In this document: positions 50,991 to 64,000 of the stretch, piece by piece
How the letters are laid out: each line of letters starts with the position of its first letter
How positions within the stretch are numbered: the first letter of the stretch is position 1
Origin: Felis catus
Lineage: Eukaryota
NCBI RefSeq assembly: GCF_018350175.1
Contig: NC_058368.1
Span: 106,332,001 to 106,396,000, forward strand
Direction of reading: 5' to 3'
Length of the DNA stretch: 64,000 bases
The notes under the pieces: generated by a model
Seen by the model: only the letters and a program-made list of their open reading frames with translations
Database searches by the model: none
What the model was told of the DNA's origin: nothing
Made by a program: the position numbers and the translations under genes

Positions 50991-53502
50991 TTTTATTGTT
51001 ATTATTTATAATCGTCTCTATGAGGTTAGTCTTCTTTGAAACGTAGAAGCATTACATCAGCTTGTAATACCCAGAAGGTACCAGTCGTGAGAAGTTCTCA
51101 GGAGGGAAGGAAAGAATCTGGTGTGGGTGGCTTTGGCAGAGACAGAGCCCCCAGCACTGCCTTGGGGTCCAGTGTGGAGGTTGGAAAGTTAAAAAAGAAT
51201 GAGGTCAGGTGTTGATGGAGGAGGCATGCCACATTGCACAGTTTTCTCTTAGTCTTTCTTAATTTTATATTTGAGGTGTTGTAGTTTATACCTCATTTAT
51301 TGGGAGAAATGTTAAGTATCTTTCTTTTAACATGTGACTTTGAAAGTTAAATAGCAATCGGGCCAGCTTCCTTCTTTGTTCCTTTAGAACACAACCACCT
51401 AAGGAATTCCTGAAACTCCCCATATTCCCCGTTGAGATTATTATACTAAGATGATTTATAATTACTATTACTTAAACTTCTATGCCAGAGTTTGTGGTAT
51501 GTGGGTTATTCGACAAAATATTTTGAGCACCGGCCATCTGTCAGGCATTGTTTCTTTCAACTAATAACTGGTAGGGTAAATGCAAAATAAAAGAGAAGAA
51601 AACCCTCTCTGGAACTTGATACCCTTGTACTTGTGGAGGTTTGTTGATATTGGTTGGAAATGTACTGGGTTTTGTCTTTGTTTTGCACTTTGCCCTCTCT
51701 GAAGCTGTCATGGCTTTGTGCCCTTGCATTTGGAGATTTGTGGATCAAAGTAACTTTTCTTTTTCGGAGGCCTCTTTGGACTGTTTTTGCAAAGTGTAGG
51801 GGATGAATTTCAGAAGCCTAATAAGTTATATATCTGTGTGCATTAAAGATGTGCAGTTTTAACTGCCCCTTTTGAGTCCAGGAAAGAAAGAGAGTTTGGG
51901 ACCGGTACTGTAGGTGTCCTCACACCTCATGTTGTTGTACACGAACCTGCCTATGTCTGGACAAGTTGGTGCTTTTCTGTCTCTGCTCAGGTACCTTTCA
52001 GTTGGGGCTGGCAGGCACCATGGGAAGGTCTGGGAGTCTGTTCTAAAAGCTTTGCACATTGCTGAGCCATGCCTCCCTCATACAGGTTCTTGGCTTGATT
52101 AGTTTTGAGTCCAGTCACTACTGGCCATATCTCCATCTTGGAGCTAAGTAACACTGTGTAGGTTTCAGTTGACTAATATGTGTTTCTGTGCCTCGAGCAT
52201 TCCAGCCTATTCCTGCCACGGTGACCCGCCTCAGCGTCACTGAGGATTGTTGGCCTGCGGTCAAGCAGATTGTGGTCAGCAGAGCACTAGGGAAAGTTGG
52301 TTTCTTCAGGAGTCATCTGATTTCTTCCTTCCATCTGGGAACAAACAGTTCTCTGTCCTTCTTGCCTCACTAAGGAACTAGAGAGATAAGCAAGGACTGA
52401 CCTCTTTTGGCACTCTTGAGTGTAAAGCACTCTTGCGGACACTGAAAGTATGTGATTGGGATTCAGAGCAAATCATTGAAAGTCTGCTGGTTGAACCTTG
52501 GTCAGTGAGGAAGGCTGGGCAGGGCCGCCAGCTAGTGAGGGAGGGAGCTGCATCTGAAGACATTCACACAGCTGCGCTGCATCTAGTCTCATATTTGTCC
52601 CCTGCCCTTGTCTCCGAACCTAGCACACAGCCCTGGAGATTTCTTAGGGTTTTGGTATGGTAGGCAGAAGTTGACTAAAAGGCAAGGAGGAGGAAATTAG
52701 CTTCCAGAAGTCTTTAAGAAACTCAGAGATAACTTACCTGGGTTATTTGTCTCAACATAAAGAGTACTAGCGTAGCACGCTTGCTGTCTTTCCTCGCTCT
52801 TCCCTATGTAACTCTGCTGTTTGTTCATTTCTTTAGAGTTCTCGTCAGCTGCTCTGCGTGCCCTTCCACACTGGCTGTTGAGTCCAAGCTTGCTTTCTGA
52901 AGAGTAGGCTATGGCTCCTACTCCCTGCTGCGTCCTTGGCGTTAAAAAGGAAGGGGTTGCAATGCCCGTGGGAAAATTGGGCAGGTGCATCTACAGTCAT
53001 CTGAAGGATTAACCTTCACTCTGCAAGGATGTCCTGGCTCTTCATGGGACTCCTTTATGAAGAGTGACTGATCTAGGTCATTTCTTCTGACCTGCCTGGG
53101 AATTATTTCTAACCACCTGTCTTCCATGGTTCTTTTAGTAGATGTTTCTTGGAATAGCAGTTGGCCAGTTTTTTCCCTGTAGTTTCTGATAACAGAGACA
53201 TCTAAGAGTACCTCTCTACTCTAGAATTCTCATTCAGTTCTCGATCACTCTCTGCCTTTTTCTCGACTTTGTCTTCTTTGCCCTCTTCCTTCCCTCCTTG
53301 AGATTTCTGTCCTTGGTTCTTTATTATGGTTCCCCTGGGGCAATTTGGCAAGGACATTCATTGACCTGTCAGTGAAACTTTAGACAGCCTTAAATTTTAT
53401 ACTCGTGTTTAGTAATTCTGAAGTTTATGCTGGTGGCAGTGGTGGTGGTTCTGTTATCATCATCCCAGGGGCACATTCCTAGACCTTGCTTGGAGGTCTT
53501 CT

Positions 53503-53744
53503 TTTTTTTTTTTTTTTTTTTTTTAATTTTCTAAATTTCTTTTTGGTAATATTTATCTATTTTTGAGAAAGAGAGAGGGGCGGAGCGTGAGTGGGAGAGG
53601 GGCAGAGAGAGAGGGAGACAGAGAATCCGGAGCAGGCTCCAGGCTCTGAGCTGTCAGCACAGAGCCTGAAGTGGGCCTGGAACCGTGAGATCATGCCCTG
53701 AGCCGAAGTTGGACACCCAACTGATTGAGCCACACAGGTGCCCT
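53503..53744 (-). mobile_element. CAN-SINE with long poly(T) (intron 4)
   Basis: antisense SINE; degenerate TSD cttg(g/a)aggt. Confidence 0.92.
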
Positions 53745-54036
53745 CACTTGAAGGTGTTCTACCACTGGTCATTTCTTATTTACAGGAAGGACACACATGC
53801 TGTAGGTCACATGTTTGGAAATAGAGAAAAAAAAAAATCGTTGTGCCTTCATAGTCTTGATTTCTTTTCCTCCCTGGTACATATAAATCATAATATTAGC
53901 TATGTGTTTTCTTCTGCTTATTTCTTGTCCGTATTACGAATATAGAGAATAATCATAATGGGTTTCTGGTTTGTCTCCATGAGTGAATTTGATGGTATGA
54001 CTAAGGACCATGGCTTTACTAGAGGACGCTAATTAA

Positions 54037-54282
<246 letters not shown>

Positions 54283-55350
54283 GGACGTTTGAAGGACTGG
54301 TCTCTTCCTCGGCATCAGGTGACAGGACTGTAAGCCCAGACAAGCTCTTGTCTCTACTAGAATTAAAACGTTCAAGTCAAAAATTGGCTCTTCTTTTGCG
54401 CCTCTTAGTAAAACGTAAGCAGTTAGACCCTTCGGGTACCAGCATTTAGTTACAGTGTTGAAGGCTTCAGGTGCTGCTTTATTCCTTTTCTTTTTGTTTT
54501 TGTTTAATGTGCTTTTATTTATTAAAAATGATAATGGAGGTGCCTGTTTTGTCTTTACTGTACCACAGATCATTATTTTCTAAAGTGAATACTCTTGTGA
54601 CGTTTTCTTAAATTGTGCACTGTAAAGAAAAATATGCCGATCATGGTTTGACTTTTGTAGTATCATTCAGATCTGTGTTGTAGTATGGATTCTGTGCTTT
54701 TACTTTACAGGTTGATTGAAAGAGGATTATTAGGTGAGAACTTAAAACAGGCCTTTGGATCATGTTACCCCTTTCCTTCACAATGCGGTCATCTTACTTG
54801 AGTGAGTTGCATTGATCTAACCAAACAAAATTATATTGGATAATTATGTTTCTTTCTTGAGTATGCTAATTTTCTTGTTCTAGTCATCATCGCAAATTCT
54901 GTTAATGTTCTTTTTTTTACTGGGATATTTTACCTAGAAAGACTCATTGGGCCGTTGTTTGTTTTAATTTTGTAAATGGAATGATTTACAATACTGTATA
55001 ATTAGTGACGAGCTGACTTTGGCTGAATGTGTTTACAGCAATCTTGAATACATATTCTAATATGCACCAGATTTAGCAAAGAGTTAAAAAGCCTGGGTAA
55101 AATCGAGTTTTCCAGTGTCCATATTCTTATTTGATATTTTCTCTTCCTACCCTCCAAATATTACAATTAATGCAAAGGCTTGAGTAATGATTTGGTAGTA
55201 TTAATTTTGTAGTCATTGCTACTCTTCAATAAATTTATTTTCTTTAAAAACTTATTAGAGGGTTTTAAAACTTTTTTTTATATTATGTGAAATATGGAAC
55301 ATTGCTGTCTTTTATATTAAAGTAATTAAAGAAAATGTATTATGTGAATG
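54283..55350 (+). other. ISOC1: ISOC1 3' UTR (end approximate)
   Basis: repeat-free AT-rich sequence after the stop codon, ending at a cluster of poly(A) signals. Confidence 0.75.
55228..55330 (+). terminator. polyadenylation signals (AATAAA 55228-55233; ATTAAA 55316-55321 and 55325-55330)
   Basis: first canonical hexamer after the stop plus two variants followed by GT/T-rich sequence. Confidence 0.7.
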
Positions 55351-55689
55351 AAATTATTTTGTTCCCCACAATATAGCTCTAGGAGTACTATACCAGGCAT
55401 TCGAATATTTATTTAAAGGTGTAAAACTTTTGACATTTAAAATCTCTCAACCAAAGGGAGTTGTCAAAGGAAAATCCTTTGCAGGTGGGGCAAATGGATT
55501 TTACTGAAGGGCCTTTTCATTATTTAAGAGTAATTGAATTGTTTATATTTCTTTTGTCATTGTAACAAACAGCAGCCAGCTGTCTTGTGGGTGTGGTTGA
55601 GTATTTTTTCCCCCAGCAAATTTGGGTTTCAAAAAAGAAGAATCAAAGATTTCTGCACATTCTAAAATAGTTTTTAATAACTTCAGCGT

Positions 55690-55835
55690 AGTGCTTTTCA
55701 AACTTTAATAAGATTGCAGTTCACCTGGGGATCTTGTTAAACTGCTTACTCTGGTTCAGTAGGTGTGGTGTAGGGCTTGACATTTTGCATTTCCACATAA
55801 AAGGCCACTTTGCACCAGTGCTGCTCAGAGCAGGG
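55690..55835. mobile_element. MER5-like fragment
   Basis: cacctggggatcttgttaaa...tcagtaggt.tgg.gtagggc. Confidence 0.65.
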
Positions 55836-56623
55836 ATTTAATCAACAACACCTGTTTCCCCGCCTCTTGTTCCCCCCCCCCCCCCAGGCCCTTTGTTTTT
55901 CCCGAAATACCACCACAGTGAAGCCTTGTCAGAGCTGAAACTAATTCCCTGATCCCCGAGTTAGTTTCCTATGGCTACCATAACAGATTACCACAAATTT
56001 AGTGGCTTAACACAACACAAATTTAATATTCCTACCGTTCTGTAGGTTAGAAGCCTGAACTGGGTGTCACTGGGCTAAAATCCATCTTTCTCACTAGATT
56101 GTCAGCTCTTTGAAAGCAGGACCTGTGCAGTTTCTAGACTCATTCTAAAAATATATTTTGAGAACCTGCTAAGTTCTAATCACCATACTATGTGCTGAGG
56201 ATAAAAAGATGCCCGTGGGAAATTTCTGGTCCGATACAAAATCAGATGTATCATAGCCTCTCTGTAAATGTAAATTGAAATAGGTTATGTCAAAGGTTCA
56301 GGAATGTCAATAAACAGAAGTTCAGAGTAATTGTGAATCTGGCTTCTCCCTTCTTTCTTGCAGATCATCCAAAGCAAGGTCACATGGCCTTATTATTCTG
56401 GGAAGATTGAACTGATTTTAACACACTAGGCTTTGAATTTGGAAGTGTCTACAGTTTTGTAGGATAACAATATTCTTTTAACTGCTGTAAATAATGAAGT
56501 TGATAACATAAGCAGAACCATAGTTCAGTGTATTGAGCTGTAAGGGGGTTAGGAGAAGGATTAAGATGCTTCATTTATCAAAATGTGAAAATATCTGCAG
56601 AACTTTAAAATTAAAAGTAATAA

Positions 56624-56822
56624 GGGGCGCCTGGGTGGCTCAGTCGGTTGGGCAGCCGACTTCGCGGTCCGTGAGTTCGAGCCCCGCATGGGGCTCTGTG
56701 CTGACAGCTCAGAGCCTGGAGCCTGTTTCGGATTCTGTGTCTCCCTCTCTCTGACCCTCCCCCATTCGTGCTCTGTCTCTCTCTCTATCTCAAAGATAAA
56801 TGAACGTTAAAAAAATTAAAAA
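56624..56822 (+). mobile_element. CAN-SINE with internal deletion
   Basis: perfect TSD aaaattaaaagtaataa. Confidence 0.93.
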
Positions 56823-57027
56823 AAAATTAAAAGTAATAAAAGTGATAACCTTCTCCAACCAGGAAAGTAAATAACCTGCTATATCAATTTAAATATCACA
56901 GTTCTCTAATTGGAATATTTTCCCTTTTTAAAAGTTGGTGTTTGGATAAATTTGACTAGAGCTGGCTGAAACTATAAAGATCGTGATCTCAAAGGTCCAT
57001 TTTAGCTCTAAAATTCTAAAATGGTTT

Positions 57028-57260
57028 GGGGCACCTGGGTGGCTCAGTTTGTTGAATGTCCAACTTCAGCTCAGGTCATGATCTCACGGTCTGTGGGTTC
57101 CAGCCCCGTGTCGGGCTCTGTGCTGACAGCTCAGAGCCTGGAGCCTGCTTCAGATTCTGTCTCCCTCTCTCTCTGCCCCTCCCCCACTCATGCTCTCTCT
57201 CTCTCTCTCTCTCTCTGTCTGTCTCTCTGTCAAAAATAAATAAACATTAAAATTAAGAAA
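57028..57260 (+). mobile_element. CAN-SINE
   Basis: TSD aaaattctaaaatg. Confidence 0.93.
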
Positions 57261-58103
57261 AAATTCTAAAATGACTTTATGTTACAAATGAGGCCTAGAG
57301 ATAAATGGCTTTTCTAAAGATGCATAGATGGCTAAAGGCATAGTAGAATGGGAACCAGGTTTCTTTTAACACATCATCTTGTGCTTCCTGACATGAGTGG
57401 TTAATGCTATAAAGATGTTTGGAAGGAGAGGGGAAAAACAATAAAAGGGATACGTGTTACAGTCTATAAAACACACCCTTTACTTAGCAGAGCTAATGGG
57501 ATATTCCCATGCTTATAGCTTTTCTTGTGCTGCAGTCTTCGATCTAGTATTCTCTCCAGGTGGCTTTCTCACTAATTCGGGAGGATGGCCGATAATGTAA
57601 AATTATTTTCATTGTCAAGTAACTACACATCAATATTTGCACATCATTAATGTTTCCTTAATCCTCCGTGGAGCATTTTTGTCAACGTCTAACCTTTGAT
57701 TAAAAATAATTTAAAAATCACTAGGCTACCGTAATGAGATATATCAATTACTTAGATGAGATTGCAGTGGATTTTCTAAATAATTGAAATTGGCTTTTAG
57801 AATTCTTCCACATTGCTTTTCTTTTTCTTTTAGGTCTGAACAGATAACAAGAAAGTTTGTTTTTAGAAGAGATTGAAATCCAAAATGGTGTTTAAGTAAA
57901 AATAACCTGTTAATTCCTGTTGAGTAGAGTATACTCTTGATTTGCCGGCTGTAGGAAACAAAATTCTGAAATGGCACCCAAAGTTCCCACTTTGGTGTGG
58001 GAACACGCAGAGGCCCCTTCTCCCAGGCAGGCCGTTAAACACCCAAGGTCAGTATGGTGTTAAAGGGTTTTGCTCAGGTGATTCAAGTTTCAAATCAGTG
58101 CAT

Positions 58104-58316
58104 CTTTTATTCTTTTAAGTTTTTTAATGTTTATTTTTGAGAGGGAAAGAGAGCATGAACGGGAAGGGGCAGAGAGAGAGGGAGACACAGAATCCGAAGC
58201 AGGCTCCTGGCTCTGAGCTGTCAGCACAAAGCCCAACTCCGGGCTCAAAATCACAAACCGCCAGATCATGACCTGAGCCAGAAGTCGGACGCTTAACTGA
58301 ACAACCCAGGTGCCCC
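58104..58316 (-). mobile_element. CAN-SINE
   Basis: TSD aaatcagtgc. Confidence 0.92.
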
Positions 58317-58339
58317 AAATCAGTGCCCCTCAATATAGG

Positions 58340-58764
58340 GAGGCTGGGTTTTGTGGCTTGTATCTATTCAGAGGAGATCTTAAAAGGGACTTGGCTCTTC
58401 CTGACAAAAGAGTGTGCAAGGGATTCCCCAGAGAGAGTCGGCTGCTGACTTTGAAGATGGAGGGGATCACAAGCCTCAAAATGCAGGTGGCTGGCAAAGG
58501 AACAGGGACTCACGTTATGCAAGCCAAAAGAGCTGAATTCAGTCAACAACGTGAGTACGATTTGGAAGAAGATTTTCCTCCAGGAGCTCCGGACAAGAAT
58601 GAGGTCCTGCTGACACTTTGATTTCTGCCTTGGGAGATCCTGAGCAGGGAATGCAGCCTCCATGTGCCCAGACTTCTGATCTACAGAACTGTGAGGTAAT
58701 ACGTTTTCTTGTTTTAAGTCACTAAACTTGTGACAGTTGGTTACACAACAATAGGAAACTAATA
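58340..58764 (+). mobile_element. MLT1D/E-like LTR
   Basis: gctgactttgaagatggagggg; gctgacactttgattt; gacttctgatctacagaactgtgag; caacaataggaaactaata. Confidence 0.82.
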
Positions 58765-60212
58765 ATTCTTGATTTTATTTTATCTTATTTTAATGTGTAA
58801 TCATCTTTACACGAAGAAAGGAAGGAAATAAGTGGGATGTTATCAAGAGAATAAAATAATGTTTTTATTTTATATTCCAGTTAGCTCCTATTTATGTGTT
58901 TCCAGAAAAGTGGGGCAGGAAGGAAAAATGTACGTCTTCTACGTCATATTAATACTGTGTTTTTTCATTGTCCTCGTTGGCTTTTTGTATTCTTGAGTTG
59001 CACAGCAAGTCAAGTTAGAGCACGCTTGTCATAGGAGGCTTCATTTCTTGATATAATTGTTAGTTGCACAGTACATTTTACTACCATACTCTAAAAGTCA
59101 CTAGGCTTTAGATTTATTCATTGTTCTCGCAGCTGTTTCCTTGTTAAATTGTTCCTCCCTCTTCAGGCACTAAATGCAAGAAATGAAAGGGGTTGTGTCT
59201 CAGAACCTACAGTTAATACACAAGTACTCACTGTTGACGTATACTGAACACATGTGGCTCTGAACTGGGCTTTTGGAAAATGCATATTGTGCTTTCAGAA
59301 TAGGCTGTTTGGCAGCCTCAGCTGAAAGTGTGGAATGCTTTGTAAACTACAGGTTGGAAATGTGCAGGGTTTTTTTTTTTTTTTTTCCCAGAGACTAAGA
59401 CCCTAGAAAGAATGCATGATACCTGTGAAGAACACCCATGAAAATTGTTGGCTGCTACTCAAATGTTAGTAGTTACTTGGTTGTATAGCTCGTGTGCCAA
59501 TAAGTAAGTGCTTTATTCTTTTAGAGAATTCGGCAGAACCAAATATCTTAGGATGCCAGTATTCGATTTCGTCAATTTGTTCATGCAGATAGATAACATG
59601 GTTTCTTCACAACATTGTATGTGCATGTGTTCATCACCTACCCTTCTCAAATGTGGAAAAAAAAAAAAAAGGTCGGGGTTGTCAGTGAAGGGCATTGGCA
59701 GGAAAAAGAAGAATGGGGAGTTTTCTTACTGGAAAAGTAGCCGCTGGTTATGTAATGCATTGAGAGGTCACACCTGGCTTCATTATTAATAGCTCTGGCA
59801 CCTGAAGCAAATTTCTCATCTGCACAATGAAGAGAATGGACTACACTCCATCATGAGTAGGGTTCATTACAGTTGTAAATTCTATGCTGCACATTTTGAA
59901 AGTGAATTAAATTGAACATGTGTTTGAGTTCCCATCATCTTAGGAAATGTGCCAGGTATACCAAAATGCTTTGTGTCTATGAACTCAGTCCTCATATCCC
60001 TATGATGTAACTGAAGAACTGAGTGAGTAAGTAACTTGCCCAAGGCCATTGAGCTGGTTAGAAGTGGAGAGGTGGAGATTTTGATTGGAATTTAGATAGC
60101 TTTTTGCTGTGTGCCCTCTTGCTATCCTGCTAGGTGCTAAGGAGACCTCTAAAGAGCAAGCCGTAATAATGCTTTAAGCATGAGTGACAAATAGGTGTTC
60201 TTGATTCCCAAG

Positions 60213-60430
60213 TTTTTTCTTTTTTAAAATTTCTTTCGTGTTTATTTATTTTGAGGCAGAGAGATAGAGCATGAGTGGGGGAGGGGCAGAGAGAGAGCAG
60301 GAGACACAGAATCTGAAGCAGGCTCCAAGCTGTCAGCATAGAGCCTGACGCAGGGCTCGAACCCACAAACTGAGATCGTGAACTGAGCCGAAGTCAGACG
60401 CTCAATCTACTGAGCTGCCCAGGCACCCCC
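60213..60430 (-). mobile_element. CAN-SINE
   Basis: TSD ccaagttttttcttt. Confidence 0.92.
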
Positions 60431-61099
60431 AAGTTTTTTCTTTATATAGATAACCTTTTTTGCTGTCTGAGATTTGCTATAAATAGCTTGATTTTTGTTT
60501 TGCAGACTTCCCCTTTTACTTTAAATATTTAATTTCTGTAGAGAGCTCCTTGAGAAACATGAAAATTTCACTAAATGTCAACCATCGTGCTCTCTTTAAA
60601 CTTCCTTTGAAGGTTCATTAAATTGCTTCACATTTGCATTAAAAAATGCAGTTTTCTTACCTAGATACTGTTTATCGACTCCTCCAACCTATGTGTTCAG
60701 AACTTTCAGATAAATAGCTTTTTTTCTGGTGAATGTTTGCTCTGACAAATTTAATTTCCGCTTATTTTAATGACAAAATATACTTACCGAAGACTGTATC
60801 TGTCTTTTAAACCTTTGAATATTTTCAGTCTTGAAGATCCGTGAAATAGAAAGTCTTTAGAGACTTGAATGATAAGGACCAAAAATAGCATAAGAACTTA
60901 ATAGAATTGTGAGTAATGGGAATGCCCATACCCTATAACACTTGCGTGTTTTTGTTTGCCTTAATGACCAATCTCAGTATTCTGAGGAATTATAATCAAA
61001 TAATTTGCTATCATAACCTATAAGCATGAGTTTCCAAGCTAAAATTACTGTCATGCTTGGGCTTTGATGTCACTCAGAAGCTAAAGTGTCTACAGAGAC

Positions 61100-61161
61100 T
61101 TTTTTTTGTACGTTTATTTATTTTTGAGAGAGACAAAGTGTGAGTGGGGGAGGGACAGAGA

Positions 61162-61209
<48 letters not shown>

Positions 61210-61342
61210 ATCTGAAGCAGGCTCCAGGCCCCAAGCTGTCAGCACAGAACCTGATGCGGGGTTTGAACTCGTGGACCATGAGATCATGACCTGAGCTGAA
61301 GTTGGACACTTAATCAATCTCCTGAGCCACCCAGGCACTCCC
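61100..61342 (-). mobile_element. CAN-SINE with expanded (GA)n
   Basis: antisense head and tail. Confidence 0.92.
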
Positions 61343-61537
61343 AAGCAAGACTGTTGTTAGTCCAAAAGGAGTGGTTAGCCCCTCTCTGAAGGTGACCAGT
61401 TGCATAAACAACACTGAGAAGTGGCCGGGGTAGAAGTATTCAGGGCCTTAAAGACATGACAAACCAGTGAGACCTGTGGGAGCATAAGGCACTGAAGGAC
61501 AGAACATATCTGCCCACAGATAGAGGGTGTGTGCTGC

Positions 61538-61562
61538 GGGGGGGGGGGGGGGGGGGGGGGGG
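61538..61562. repeat. poly(G)25
   Basis: direct reading. Confidence 0.9.
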
Positions 61563-62097
61563 AGGCAGGCTCTGACAGAGTTCTGGTTATTGTGCTAGCT
61601 CACGCTGTAGTGGCCTTCAGCAAGACTTTGTGTGAGTTCTCTGGGTTCTCTCCTATAGCAAGGGGAGTTGGAGGAGATGACAAAAAATATCTACCCCTTC
61701 CTCTAGCCACTGGGTGTTAGAATTGAGGCTTAGAGATTTTTCACATAACCAAGCAATGCAAACATAGTATGATGGGCCGCCCTCAATTGTTAAATGGATT
61801 CTTAGAAGGGAAAATGAATCATTGTAATTGTTCAATCAAGGTTGCCCTTTGTAATTTCAAGAGAAATAGATGTTAGAAAATGCAAGCGCAATTAGAAATG
61901 TATGACTAAGAAATATTACCTCATTTTCTTTTTTTTTTCTTTTGATAATCATAAAAAGTGCGATGATTGGGCATAGGGTGTTGTGAGCATTTAAAAAATG
62001 GTCCTCTTTGTGGAATGTCTGAACTAGCTTAGAGATATTTTAGAGTTACTGCATTGTTGGGATTTTTTTGTTGGTATTTTTCAAGAACAAATGGTGG

Positions 62098-62267
62098 AGG
62101 AGCGCCTGGGTGGCTTAGTCAGTTAGGTGTCCGACTCTTGACCCTAGGTCATGATCTTAGGGTTGGGTTCATGAGTTTGAGCCCTGGTCTGGCTCTGCTC
62201 TCTCTTTCTCTCTCTCTGTCCCTCCCCTCCCCGCACTCATTTGCACTGTCTCTGTCTCAAAAATAAA
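62098..62267 (+). mobile_element. CAN-SINE (internally shortened)
   Basis: head, CT tract, short tail. Confidence 0.85.
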
Positions 62268-63021
62268 TTTAGAGAGCAAATGGATGAGTTTATTGCTTGC
62301 TTTTTTTTGAAATTCATTTGATGCATTTTGCTATTAAGTAAATGGACAGGAACAAACTCCGTGATTACAGCGGTTTTGCTGAATGGTACCACACAGCTTG
62401 GTTGGTCAGAACATAATTGAAGTAGGTTGAGCATGTCCTCTTTGCTCTTGAATACTGCTCCTTACTTGGAAAATAATGAAGCACAGTTCTGGAAAAACCA
62501 ATCCTCCTGTGATTGTTGATAGTTGATGTACAATCCAAATTTTAACAATTTTAGCCACTTGGGGTGTGGAAAACATAAAGTCCAGGTGCTCAAGGACTTT
62601 TTTTGTGTGTTCACATCCTCCACCAATAGCTTTCTGCCAGCATAGATTTTGAAGTATTAGAACAAAAAATACAAGCAGACATGAGCTACCAGGAGCTCTC
62701 TGGAATCAGTGTATGTGGGTTTATTCATTCTTGGAGTACTGCTTTATTGATGACCCACCCTGTGAAAGCTTCCCCACTGGGGTAGAGCCGAGAGAGCTAT
62801 TATTTCTGAAGGGACTCAGTCTAGTGATAGATGAAACAAAGGCCACAGAGCATGGTCAGTACAAAGATGACACATTGGACACAATCAGGGAATGCCTTAT
62901 GACAGATTCTCACCAGATGGATGATGGCTTTTTAAGTCCAAGGTACGCTTGCATTTTAATTTTCTTAGTGCTTGGTGGTTGGTTGGTTTGGTTTGATTTG
63001 TTAAAATACTTTCTGGACTTT

Positions 63022-63608
63022 GGTTTTTTAATGTTTATTTTTCAGAGCGAGAGCGCACAAGTGGGGGGAGGGGCAGAGATTGTCAGTGCCAAGGCCAACA
63101 TGGGACTGGAACACACAAACTGTGAGATAATGACCTAAGCTAAAGGCGGGTGCTCAACCATCTGAGTCACCCAGGTACCCCTGGCGTTTACTTTAAATTT
63201 TTTTTTTAATGTTTATTCATTTTTGAGGGACAGAGAGCATGAGCAGAAAAGGGGCAGAGAGAGGGAGACAGAGAATCTGAAACAGGCTCCAGGCTCTGAG
63301 CTGTCAGCACAGCCCAGCATGGGGCTTGAACTCACAAACTACGAGATCCTGACCTGAACCGGTCAACCGACTGAGCCACCCAGGTCCCCTCCTGGCGTTT
63401 ACTTTAAAAGAACAGGCAATCTGACTTCGCCTCAGGGCATGATCACATGGTTTGTGAGTTGAGCCCTGTTTCAGCTCTGTGCTGACAGCTCAGAGCGTGG
63501 AGCCTGCTTCGGATTCTGTGTCTCCTTCTCTCTCTGCCCCTCCCCCTTGCACACACTTGCCTATCTCTCTCAAAAACAAATAAACGTTAAAAAATAAAAA
63601 TAATAAAA
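63022..63608. mobile_element. cluster of three CAN-SINEs (63022-63181 -, 63197-63390 -, 5'-truncated 63418-63608 +)
   Basis: TSDs ctggcgtttactttaaa and taaaag(a/g)acag. Confidence 0.87.
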
Positions 63609-64000
63609 GGACAGTTTTACAGCAAGCTCACAGTCTTTTGAAGGAGCTTACAGTCTAGTTTTCTGAAAAGACTTGCACGGCCTGAACAGGGCTTATTCAG
63701 CTCTGTGCACGGATGAAGGGCATAGGTAGAAAATGGGTAATAGCAGCTTGACCTCGATGGACTCCACCCACAGAGGTCAACAACTTGGAGTCAGATGTAA
63801 TGGGTGATCTGTTGAATGGGCTTAGTCACTAACTGTGAGCCCTTGAATATTACTAAATAATAGGTTTGGGAAAGGACAGCTCATCAGTACATATACAGTG
63901 TCTAAAAACTGAAGAAGCCAATGATTGATTTTATATACAATCTGGATGGAACCAAGCTCTGCTGGCTACTTGCTAGTTGTGCCAGGTGACCTGGAGTCAT

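Overview
Mammalian (felid, most likely cat-lineage) genomic DNA, identified by about 43 tRNA-derived CAN-SINEs of the SINEC_Fc type. It holds one complete protein-coding gene, ISOC1 (isochorismatase domain-containing 1), on the + strand. The gene has a CpG-island promoter (~37.2-38.3 kb), five coding exons (37629-37931, 47294-47413, 47523-47726, 49356-49472, 54136-54282; 296 aa; all introns GT-AG and phase 0) and a ~1 kb 3' UTR. The rest is intergenic or intronic sequence with SINEs, old L1/L2/MIR fragments, MLT1 and ERV solo LTRs, and hAT/Tigger DNA-transposon fossils. Almost all other ORFs in the track are repeat-derived or chance. I see no clear new biological system. The best leads are: a branch point + pyrimidine tract + AG|GTAAGT (recursive-splice-like) site at ~7.15 kb; a chain of + strand non-coding exon-like units ending in an LTR poly(A) signal; a 234-bp hairpin-rich duplication in ISOC1 intron 1; the uncharacterised exon-1 domain of ISOC1; and several SINE re-insertion and template-switch scars. 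Repeat family names come from recognising consensus motifs by eye, and repeat boundaries are approximate.
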